From an uncultured bacterium (GTDB taxonomy: Bacteria; Patescibacteriota; Microgenomatia; Levybacterales; UBA12049), in contig CAWGXL010000010.1 in the NCBI GenBank assembly GCA_963826535.1, forward strand, positions 362,814 to 426,813: DNA of 64,000 nt, given 5' to 3'. The translations under genes and the position numbers were made by a program. The notes beneath the pieces were generated by a model that saw nothing but the letters and a program-made list of their open reading frames with translations, did not search any database and was not told the DNA's origin. Below are positions 29,722 to 37,856 of this stretch, piece by piece; the first letter of the stretch is position 1, and every line of letters starts with the position of its first letter.

Positions 29722-30779
29722 TTGCTAATATTTGTCCTCGTTTTAACTGGATACTGCGGTGTTATATAGCGAATATTTTTTGATATTAACGTTAGAAGTG
29801 CTCTTGTATCTGTAAATCTTTGCTTGCTTTTCATAACTACCACAATAAAAGTATGCCCATTCTCCACTTTTGATGTTACGAGTACCTGTCCTGCCCCTTC
29901 TGTAGTACCTGTTTTAATTCCATTCACACCATCTATACCAAGAAGTTTGTTAAGATTAGTAAGTTGAATTTGCCTTTTCCCGGTTACGTCGTATATATCC
30001 TTTTGTTTGGTTGCAGTTATATCCGCTAGTAATTTATTTTTAACGATTAACGAAGCCAGACGTGACATGTCAGAAACTGTTGAATAGTTACTGTCATCAT
30101 CTAATCCGGCGGGATCTTTAAAATATGTATTGCTTAGATTTAGCTCCCGGGCTTTTTCATTCATTTTCGTTACAAATGCTTCAGATCCTCCCGGATAATT
30201 TTGGGAGATTGCATAAGCAGCTTCATTGGATGATGGAAGAAACATCGCGAAAAGCAAGTCCTTGAAATAATATTTTTCACCTTGCTGAAAACCTAAATTT
30301 GAACCTTCAATTTTTGGCGTGTAGATTGTCAAAACTGAATTTTCCTGAAAATAATCAAGCGCGACGACTGCGGTCATAATTTTGGCTGTAGATGCCATAG
30401 AAAATCGAAGATTTGGATTTTTTGCATGGAGAACTATTTGCGAATCGGCATCGGTAATAATAGCAGCTGATGCGGAAATATCCGGAATAGTGTAGCTATT
30501 CATTAAAGGATATGTGGAAAGTTTAACTCTGTAATCTAATCTATAAAGCTCGTGCTCTTTTATAGTATTTTCATATTGCTGATTAAGATTATGAACTGTT
30601 AAAAAAATGACAAATATAACAATAACTATAAGTCCTAATTGGAGATCAAACTCATATTTTTTAAGGAAAATAAATGGCTGCATAGTGTTCCAAAGTGAAA
30701 CATTGTTATTCTTCTCAGCCTTTTTATGTTCGCGTTGTACTTTATTATATAAGTTTTTGAATTTCTTTGGTTTTAGCAT
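29712..30779 (-). CDS. D-alanyl-D-alanine carboxypeptidase (peptidase S11)
   Basis: SxxK (ASTAK), SSN, 'FKDPAGLD', GIKTG; N-terminal TM; start uncertain. Confidence 0.9.
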   Translation of the reverse strand: MLKPKKFKNLYNKVQREHKKAEKNNNVSLWNTMQPFIFLKKYEFDLQLGLIVIVIFVIFLTVHNLNQQYENTIKEHELYRLDYRVKLSTYPLMNSYTIPDISASAAIITDADSQIVLHAKNPNLRFSMASTAKIMTAVVALDYFQENSVLTIYTPKIEGSNLGFQQGEKYYFKDLLFAMFLPSSNEAAYAISQNYPGGSEAFVTKMNEKARELNLSNTYFKDPAGLDDDSNYSTVSDMSRLASLIVKNKLLADITATKQKDIYDVTGKRQIQLTNLNKLLGIDGVNGIKTGTTEGAGQVLVTSKVENGHTFIVVVMKSKQRFTDTRALLTLISKNIRYITPQYPVKTRTNISNYF

Positions 30780-32130
30780 CTTGGTGGATCGAAAATCTTT
30801 CATCAACACGCTCCATATCTCTCGGAAAAAGAGACGCTTCCCTTACATTGGAAAGTCCCATTACTTTCATAGTTATCCTTTCCAGCCCAAAGGAAAATCC
30901 CCCTTCCGGTGGCATGCCATAACGGAATGCCTGCAAATAAATTTCAAACTGTTTAGGATCCATCCCTCGATCTTTGATAGCGTCAATTAATTTTTTATAA
31001 TCATCAATACGCTGACTACCACTCATTATCTCTACACCTCTGAATAACAAATCATAACTCAAGCTAAATTCAGGATTTTTTGGATCCGGCATTGTATAAA
31101 ATGAGCGTTTTAAAGTAGGGAAGTGTGTAATTGTAACAAAATCACTTTTATGTTTCTTTTTTGCCCACATACAAATATCAACTTCGTCTTGCGGGGCCAG
31201 ATCTTTTTCACGACGCACATCCCGGCCAAATTCTTTAAAAATAATTTCCTGAGCTTCGCGTAAAGTTAACCGGGGAATCTTGCCAAATAGTATTGGTTCA
31301 ATATCGTATTTTATTTGAAAATCCATCGATACTTTTTCTGTATACTTTAGTGTCTCTACTGCAACCTCCTCAAATAAATCTAGTAAATCTGTAAAAGTAA
31401 CAAATGCGAATTCGCAATCCATTTGAGTTGTCTCGGTTAAATGACGGGTGGTAACTGAGGGCTCAGCCCGGTAGGCATGAGCTATAGTAAAGACACGTTC
31501 AAATACGGCAACCATAATTTGCTTGTAAAGCTGCGGGCTTTGTGTAAGAAATGCTTTATGTTCAAAATAATCAATCATAAATACTTCTGCTCCCCCCTCA
31601 GTGGCACTTGCAGCAATAGTTGGCACTACAATTTCTATACATTCCAGCTTCTGACTGATCCGTCTAAAACCTTCCAGAATTGCGCTTTGAATTTTGAATA
31701 TAGACTGAATCCGTGCGTGGCGAAGTGTAAGGGATCGATTATCAAGAAGAGTAGGTAATTCAAGATTAAGAATATCCTGTCCCATATCAAACGGTAGGGT
31801 AGCTGCTTGAGCAAAAATTTCAGCCTCAGTAGCCTCCAATTCAACCGTACCGCTTATAATTTTTGGATTAATCAGCCTATCAGGCCTATTATTTACTTTA
31901 CCGCTTATAGAAACAACATCCTCAGGATGAAATTCACTGGCAAGCTTGTGAGCCTCTACAGATACCTTCGGATTGAAAACCACTTGCAACAACCCCGTAC
32001 GGTCACGAATGTCTATAAAAATGAGCTTACCATGATCCCGTCGTGCCTGAACCCAGCCCTGAACCAAGACCTCGTTATTTATTTCTTTCACCGTATCCCT
32101 CACTAATATTCTTGCTTTTTGTTTAACCAT
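30745..32130 (-). CDS. aspS: Aspartate--tRNA ligase, short archaeal/non-discriminating type
   Basis: OB-fold 'GWVQARRDHGKLIFIDIRD', 'TEGGAEVF', 'QSPQLYKQ', 'GMPPEGGFSFGLER'; ~460 aa with no GAD insertion. Confidence 0.9.
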   Translation of the reverse strand: MVKQKARILVRDTVKEINNEVLVQGWVQARRDHGKLIFIDIRDRTGLLQVVFNPKVSVEAHKLASEFHPEDVVSISGKVNNRPDRLINPKIISGTVELEATEAEIFAQAATLPFDMGQDILNLELPTLLDNRSLTLRHARIQSIFKIQSAILEGFRRISQKLECIEIVVPTIAASATEGGAEVFMIDYFEHKAFLTQSPQLYKQIMVAVFERVFTIAHAYRAEPSVTTRHLTETTQMDCEFAFVTFTDLLDLFEEVAVETLKYTEKVSMDFQIKYDIEPILFGKIPRLTLREAQEIIFKEFGRDVRREKDLAPQDEVDICMWAKKKHKSDFVTITHFPTLKRSFYTMPDPKNPEFSLSYDLLFRGVEIMSGSQRIDDYKKLIDAIKDRGMDPKQFEIYLQAFRYGMPPEGGFSFGLERITMKVMGLSNVREASLFPRDMERVDERFSIHQDAKTKEIQKLI

Positions 32131-32174
32131 AAATAAATTACCCGCCTTCAGTATATCCTTCCCGCCCACATCCT

Positions 32175-32261
32175 TGTCATTCCCGCGCCTGCCCGCCTAT
32201 GGAGGGAAGGCGGGAATCCAGAACTTTATTTGTATAGATTCCCATTTTCATAGGAATGACA
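32175..32261. repeat. Inverted pair of REP-like palindromes
   Basis: TGTCATTCCCGCG...GCGGGAATCC then GATTCCC...GGAATGACA. Confidence 0.7.
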
Positions 32262-32293
32262 TCGAGAATTTATTGTACAACTAAATTAGCCTC

Positions 32294-32467
32294 TTGACAA
32301 GAAGCTTAACAATTTATATAATTTAACCTATAAATACTATAAGACTCTTAGCTCAACAGCAAATATTTGTTACTATTAACTTTCTCCTCCGCACAGTTGT
32401 GTAGGAGTTTGATAGAGAATATTAAACAAAATTCACTATCAATCTCCTCAAAAGAGGAGATTTTTTT
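32294..32467 (+). promoter_or_regulatory. Promoter plus attenuator-like leader, copy 1
   Basis: TTGACA(32294)-17-TATAAT(32317); uORF-like 32339-32404; alternative stems; terminator AATCTCCTC-AAAA-GAGGAGATT plus U tract at 32441-32467. Confidence 0.8.
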
Positions 32468-32490
32468 AAATTGTTCGAAAGGAATAAATA

Positions 32491-34080
32491 ATGAATTCAG
32501 AAAGAGATATTGTACATCAGAAAGATATTAAGCCTAATTCTACACCCCCCACCAGGGATAGAACAAATGTTGGGGAAAGAGTATTGACTGTGGTGCCAAC
32601 CCCTGACAAATTTCAACCTGATACTTCTCAAGATCAAGACATTTCTCATGTTCGACTCTCTATGTATAAGCCAGGCGCACTTGAAAAAGGTGAACTCGAC
32701 AAACTAACAAAACAATTCTTCGGAAATAGGGCAAAATGGCTTAAAGTATACACAAATGATGACGAGCGTTTTGCGAAACGCGAAGCTAAAAGAAAAGAAA
32801 AATATCTTAACTCTAACCCGGAAGTTAACAGTGATACTTACGATCGCAATCGTCACGTAAACTTACGCGAGCGCAGAAAATCAGCTAGAAGAGGAATAAA
32901 TAATCATTTTTATAATGCCGTAGAAGAACGATTTGAAGTAATAGATGAAAGCCCTAGGAAATTTGCTGACAGACAGTATAAGCAAGCTACAGATGCCATA
33001 AGATCTGTTGCTGACACTCTTTACCCGGAAAGTGGAATAATAGGCTTAAGAAATGAGACAGGTTTAATTCCTATTAGTCCGGCGATGGTTATTGAAGAAA
33101 TCTCATCAAATAAAACATCCTCTATCTTAAGGCGCGAAGAAATATTACGTCAGCTAAATGCATATACTTCAGCAGAATTGGATAAAAGAAATGGTAAACT
33201 AGAAGCTGAGAGGAAACTCGCTCAAATTCAACATCTACTTAACCGGAAACTATTCGAAGAGCCTATCGGTGCAACAGAAAATGTGGAAGTAGATGCACTT
33301 TATGATAATAAAACAAATGCTGTTGAATTCATAGATGGAATTGATGGTCGTGTATATAAAGATTATGTCCCTGAAGGAAAACATGTAAAAACTCGCGAAT
33401 TGACCATGCGGAAACTAAGAGACACTGATATTCGTATTTATACTAATCCTGATGTTAAGAAACAAGACAGTTCAATTGTCAAAGCCATAAGAAAAACTCA
33501 AGAAGCTGTAAAAGAGGGAAAAGGAGACGAAATTAGAGTTGAAGATTATGTTCAAGACACCCATAGAGTACTGTTTGCTGTAGATGGAGGGCCAGAAGAA
33601 TTAGATGAAGTAGTTGAAAAGATTAAGAATCTTTTGGTGGATCCTGATAATCAACAATATTTAGCCAAACTTGATAATGCAGATGAACCGATGAGAGGGG
33701 AAGATGGGGAATTAATTGGAAGAGTTGTTTCAGTTAAAGATGATTCTAAAACTAACGGCTATGAGACTCAATCAAAAAATGTAAAATGGACAAGATTGCA
33801 GGTTAAGTTCGACGATCTTATTGTACCAATTGAAATAAAATTTCAGGACATGAGACATTTCCTTCTTGATGAATTCGAAGTTGGCGAGTATGAACCGCAA
33901 AATGGTATTTATTCAGGAGCAGCTCATGATCTATATAGATATAATAGGGCTAAAAGCGTAATCCCATATTTTATCCCGGTTGAGGAACTTGACAAAAAAA
34001 TTGACCTGGACACACTTGCATCAAAAACACAAGAAAATATCGTTTTCAAATTACGTAATCAAACAAGAAAGGTAAAATAA
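32491..34080 (+). CDS. Hypothetical protein with a divergent RelA/SpoT-like (nucleotidyltransferase-fold) C-terminal domain
   Basis: Ordered motifs 'KKQDSSIVKAIRK', 'VQDTHRVLFAV', 'KTNGY', 'PIEIKFQD', 'AAHDLYR'; AAAGGA RBS. Confidence 0.6.
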   Translation: MNSERDIVHQKDIKPNSTPPTRDRTNVGERVLTVVPTPDKFQPDTSQDQDISHVRLSMYKPGALEKGELDKLTKQFFGNRAKWLKVYTNDDERFAKREAKRKEKYLNSNPEVNSDTYDRNRHVNLRERRKSARRGINNHFYNAVEERFEVIDESPRKFADRQYKQATDAIRSVADTLYPESGIIGLRNETGLIPISPAMVIEEISSNKTSSILRREEILRQLNAYTSAELDKRNGKLEAERKLAQIQHLLNRKLFEEPIGATENVEVDALYDNKTNAVEFIDGIDGRVYKDYVPEGKHVKTRELTMRKLRDTDIRIYTNPDVKKQDSSIVKAIRKTQEAVKEGKGDEIRVEDYVQDTHRVLFAVDGGPEELDEVVEKIKNLLVDPDNQQYLAKLDNADEPMRGEDGELIGRVVSVKDDSKTNGYETQSKNVKWTRLQVKFDDLIVPIEIKFQDMRHFLLDEFEVGEYEPQNGIYSGAAHDLYRYNRAKSVIPYFIPVEELDKKIDLDTLASKTQENIVFKLRNQTRKVK

Positions 34081-34168
34081 AGTCAATGCTAATTTTGTCT
34101 GCTATTTCGTTGCCCTCGCAGAAAAATAAGAGCATAACATTTTCCAAACCTTTATACTTAACAGCATC

Positions 34169-34340
34169 TTGACAAGAAGTTTAACAATTTATATAATTTT
34201 AATTAAGAGGACTATGAAACCAACACAGCAACACCATATTGTTACGTTTAAGCATCTCCTCCGCACTTGTGCGGTAGGAGGTTGATAGTGGAATAGCAAA
34301 CAAAAAAACTATCAATCTCCTCATAAGAGGAGATTTTTTT
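34169..34340 (+). promoter_or_regulatory. Promoter plus attenuator-like leader, copy 2
   Basis: TTGACA(34169)-17-TATAAT(34192); same stems as copy 1; terminator AATCTCCTC-ATAA-GAGGAGATT plus U tract at 34314-34340. Confidence 0.8.
34214..34285 (+). CDS. Putative leader peptide MKPTQQHHIVTFKHLLRTCAVGG (23 aa)
   Basis: ATG preceded by GAGGA, inside the leader; peptide aligns with the copy-1 uORF. Confidence 0.6.
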   Translation: MKPTQQHHIVTFKHLLRTCAVGG

Positions 34341-34368
34341 ATGATTTTATCAAAGGAGGTGGAAAAAT

Positions 34369-34569
34369 ATGATTAGACATGAAGCATCTAAATACAGAAC
34401 AGATTCTCTGGGGCATAATTGGAGAGCATTACAAAGAGTAGGAATGTTCAATGAGACAAACGGTACAGCAAATTCAGGACCGGAAATACGAGTAATTGGC
34501 GGTAAAGATTACACAGTGAGTGCTGGAGTGATATCTCGCGCTAATGGCGATTACGGACAAAGGAGATGA
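34369..34569 (+). CDS. Small hypothetical protein (66 aa) downstream of leader copy 2
   Basis: Strong AAAGGAGGT RBS; no recognised motif. Confidence 0.6.
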   Translation: MIRHEASKYRTDSLGHNWRALQRVGMFNETNGTANSGPEIRVIGGKDYTVSAGVISRANGDYGQRR

Positions 34570-34570
34570 A

Positions 34571-36241
34571 CTAATTTATCAATCTGAAATCTTTAATCTT
34601 TAATTGAAGCTTAGTATTCCCATTCCAAGTGTTCTCGTCAATCGAATAAGCTATATCGATTTTATCATCTATGTTTATTTCTCTCGCCATTTCACCCATA
34701 CCAAATGCTATAGCTTCGAATGTGGTATCAGCTTGATTTAGACTTAGTCGTAAATGTTTCCCCTCTCTGCCAAGTACTTTGAGGTTTTCAACATTTACAT
34801 TATAAGATACAAAAACCGGCTGTGGATTAGCCATGCCAAAAGGAGCAAGTTGTTGTAAAATTTTATAAAACTCATTGTTAATTTTTGATAGCGACATTAC
34901 GCAATCAATTTTCAGGGACTTAGTTAGTATTTCACCATTTAATATTTTACCGGCTGAAATTTCAAGAGACTCTTTAAAAAAGATAATTTTTTCAGTTTCA
35001 ATAGTAAATCCAGCAGCCATTGGATGACCTCCGACATTAACGAAATATTCAGGCGTAGAACGCAAAAATTCTATTATATTAAATCCATCAACAGACCGCG
35101 CCGACGCTTTACTATATTTTTCTCCCATTGAGATTACAATTGACGGACGATAATATTCATCAACTAGCTTTCCGGCAACCAGACCAATTACCCCTTGTTG
35201 ATAACTTTCATGAGCAACAATAAGAATTTTCTTAAGTGAATCTTCCATTTTAACAGCCAGACTTGCGTGTTCTGTCGCTTGCCTCATAAGAAGCTGCCTT
35301 TCGCGGTTGGTGAGTTCAAGTTTTTCAGCCAATAACTTTGCTTTACTTTTGTCTTTTGTACATATTAAACGTAAACTATCCATCGCACTTTCTATACGAC
35401 CTGCCGCATTAAGTCGTGGTGCTATAATAAAACCAACTTCATAAACTCCGAGATTTTGTTTTTCACATCCTGCTATTTTAAGAAGTTCAATTAATCCCGG
35501 ACGTCGTGTACGGTTTAATTTATCCAGCCCAAATTTTACTACAGCTCGATTGGCGCCGGTTAAAGGCACTAAGTCCGCAATTGTACCCAAAGTTGCCAAT
35601 TCAAGATGCTCATCATGTTCAAGATCATATACTCCGCTCATTTTCTTAAATTGCTGTACAATCAACCAGGCTATTCCGGCTCCACACATTCCGGTAGTAT
35701 GGACAATTGCAAAAGCATCAGGCAGTTTCGTGCCTTTTGTATGGTGATCTGTAATAATTACATCAATACCTTGTTCACGCGCAAACTTAACTGCCTCATT
35801 GGCAACAATCCCATTATCCACAGTAATAATAAGTTTCACACCGGGATTTTGGGAGAGAATATTTTCAATCCCTTTAATAGACAACCCATAACCCTCATCT
35901 ATTCTATTAGGTATAAACGGCAATACTTTAGTATTCAGATTATGCAGAGTTTCCCATAAAATTGCCGTACCTGTGATTCCGTCAACATCGTAGTCACCGT
36001 AAATAATTATTTGTTCATTTATTTCAATTGCCTGATTAACTCTATTCATTGCTTTTTTCAGCTGCTTTTTATCAATGCCAACACTTTCTATAGTGATATT
36101 CGAAAGTTTTGGGTAAAGGAATTCCTGAATTTCTTTTCTCTCAGTTAGGCCACGATTTTTTAGAAGAATCTTAATTATTTTCTCATTTTTTAAATTTGAA
36201 TCTGCATCTTTAAATTTATTTAAAATTATCCATCTCTTCAT
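34571..36241 (-). CDS. recJ: ssDNA exonuclease RecJ
   Basis: YGDYDVDG, TVDNGI, TDHH, GTIADLVPL, PRLNAAGR, GGHPMAAG, APFGMANP. Confidence 0.97.
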   Translation of the reverse strand: MKRWIILNKFKDADSNLKNEKIIKILLKNRGLTERKEIQEFLYPKLSNITIESVGIDKKQLKKAMNRVNQAIEINEQIIIYGDYDVDGITGTAILWETLHNLNTKVLPFIPNRIDEGYGLSIKGIENILSQNPGVKLIITVDNGIVANEAVKFAREQGIDVIITDHHTKGTKLPDAFAIVHTTGMCGAGIAWLIVQQFKKMSGVYDLEHDEHLELATLGTIADLVPLTGANRAVVKFGLDKLNRTRRPGLIELLKIAGCEKQNLGVYEVGFIIAPRLNAAGRIESAMDSLRLICTKDKSKAKLLAEKLELTNRERQLLMRQATEHASLAVKMEDSLKKILIVAHESYQQGVIGLVAGKLVDEYYRPSIVISMGEKYSKASARSVDGFNIIEFLRSTPEYFVNVGGHPMAAGFTIETEKIIFFKESLEISAGKILNGEILTKSLKIDCVMSLSKINNEFYKILQQLAPFGMANPQPVFVSYNVNVENLKVLGREGKHLRLSLNQADTTFEAIAFGMGEMAREINIDDKIDIAYSIDENTWNGNTKLQLKIKDFRLIN

Positions 36242-36269
36242 ACATTTATGTCTGATATACTATAGCAAT

Positions 36270-37670
36270 ATGATAGATAAAATTCCAGCTCATGTTTTGG
36301 AAGTAAATAAGAAACTTAAAAAATCTGGCTATGAAGCTTATTTTGTAGGTGGTTGTGTACGGGATTTATTATCCGGCCGGGAAGTCAAGGACTGGGACTT
36401 TACAACAAATGCCATTCCTGAAGATTTACTTAAAATATTCCCAAATGCATTTTATGATAATTCTTTTGGTACGGTGGGAGTTCCCGTAGAGGATATTCAG
36501 GAAATAGAGCATAAAGGAATTATTGAAATTACAACATTTAGAACTGAAACTGCATATATAAACCGGCGGCATCCAACATCAGTGAAATGGGGAAAAACCA
36601 TAGAAGAGGACTTAAGTCGTCGTGACTTTACTGTTAATGCCATGGCGCTAAAAATCCCCCTAACCCCCTTTACTAAAGAGGGTCTCCCGCAGGAGGGAGG
36701 ATTTGACATTATCGACCCCTTCGGCGGACAGGAAGATATTAAAAAGAAAACAATTCGCGCTGTTGGAGATCCGAATCTGCGTTTTAAGGAGGACGCGCTC
36801 CGCTTGATGCGTGCCATCAGATTCGCTACACAGCTATCTTTTGTTATTGACGAAACAACATTAAAAGCTATTATAAATGATGCCCCCCTTCTAGCTGAAA
36901 TCTCTAAAGAAAGGATTCGGGATGAGTTTATAAAGATTTTGGCAAGCATTTATCCTTATGAGGGAGTAATGTTATTAAAAAATACCAATCTCCTTCAATA
37001 TATTCTTCCGGAACTTCTCGAAGGTATCGGCTTTTCACAAGAGCGCCCAGGTAGGCATCATAAAACTGATGTTTTTACTCATAATGTATTTGCATTAAAA
37101 TTTTGTCCATCAATAGATCCTCTAGTACGTTTTGCGACATTAATTCATGATATAGCAAAACCGAGAGTGGCTGACCGAGACAAAGACGGATATGTGATTT
37201 TTTATAATCATGATACAGTAGGTGCAAAAATGGCTCGTGAAATTGCTGATAGATTACGATTTTCAAAAAAAGAGAAAGAAAAAATTTCTACACTTATACG
37301 TTGGCATATGTTTACAGTAGATGAACACATAACTGATGCCGCTGTACGTAGATTTATCAGGCGGATCGGAGTAGAAAACATATCCGATATGATCGATCTT
37401 CGCATCGGTGACAGGCTAGGCGGCGGGACACAGACTGCTGAAAGTTGGCGTCTAAAATTATTTAAAGAACGACTCGAAAAACAACTCGCCCCAATGCCTT
37501 TTTCAATCAACGACCTGGCAATAGACGGGAATGATATTATGAAAGAGTTAAACATCAAACCGAGCCGCGAAGTAGGGGAGATTTTACAAAAATTATTTGA
37601 GGAAGTTGACGAAGATCTATCAAAAAATACCAAAGAGTACTTACTTCAAAAAATCCATAAACTTAAATAA
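36270..37670 (+). CDS. cca: CCA tRNA nucleotidyltransferase with HD domain
   Basis: VGGCVRD, DWDFTT, EITTFR, DLSRRDFTVNAMA, RFKEDALRLMRAIRF, IHDIAKP. Confidence 0.9.
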   Translation: MIDKIPAHVLEVNKKLKKSGYEAYFVGGCVRDLLSGREVKDWDFTTNAIPEDLLKIFPNAFYDNSFGTVGVPVEDIQEIEHKGIIEITTFRTETAYINRRHPTSVKWGKTIEEDLSRRDFTVNAMALKIPLTPFTKEGLPQEGGFDIIDPFGGQEDIKKKTIRAVGDPNLRFKEDALRLMRAIRFATQLSFVIDETTLKAIINDAPLLAEISKERIRDEFIKILASIYPYEGVMLLKNTNLLQYILPELLEGIGFSQERPGRHHKTDVFTHNVFALKFCPSIDPLVRFATLIHDIAKPRVADRDKDGYVIFYNHDTVGAKMAREIADRLRFSKKEKEKISTLIRWHMFTVDEHITDAAVRRFIRRIGVENISDMIDLRIGDRLGGGTQTAESWRLKLFKERLEKQLAPMPFSINDLAIDGNDIMKELNIKPSREVGEILQKLFEEVDEDLSKNTKEYLLQKIHKLK

Positions 37671-37683
37671 TAATTAACTGATG

Positions 37684-37824
37684 TTACGCAAAAATAATTT
37701 GTCATCCCCCTGAACAGGGGAATCCAGAAGGTATAAATAATTTTTTCCATTTATTTTTTTATAAGGAATAGATTTTGTAGCTACTAGATTCCCGCGTTCG
37801 CGGGAATGACAATAATCTGCGTAA
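37684..37824. repeat. MITE-like element: inverted REP-like pair inside TTACGCA...TGCGTAA ends
   Basis: TGTCATCCCCCTGAACAGGGGAATCC (37700) and GATTCCCGCGTTCGCGGGAATGACA (37787) flank an AT-rich spacer. Confidence 0.7.
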
Positions 37825-37856
37825 TGTAAGTTATTAAATATAAACAATAAACAATT

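Noticed and set aside
32341-32467. T-box or known metabolite riboswitch for aspS
   Set aside because: The leader is oriented away from aspS and lacks the T-box UGGNACC motif; I recognise no known aptamer consensus, though Rfam was not run.
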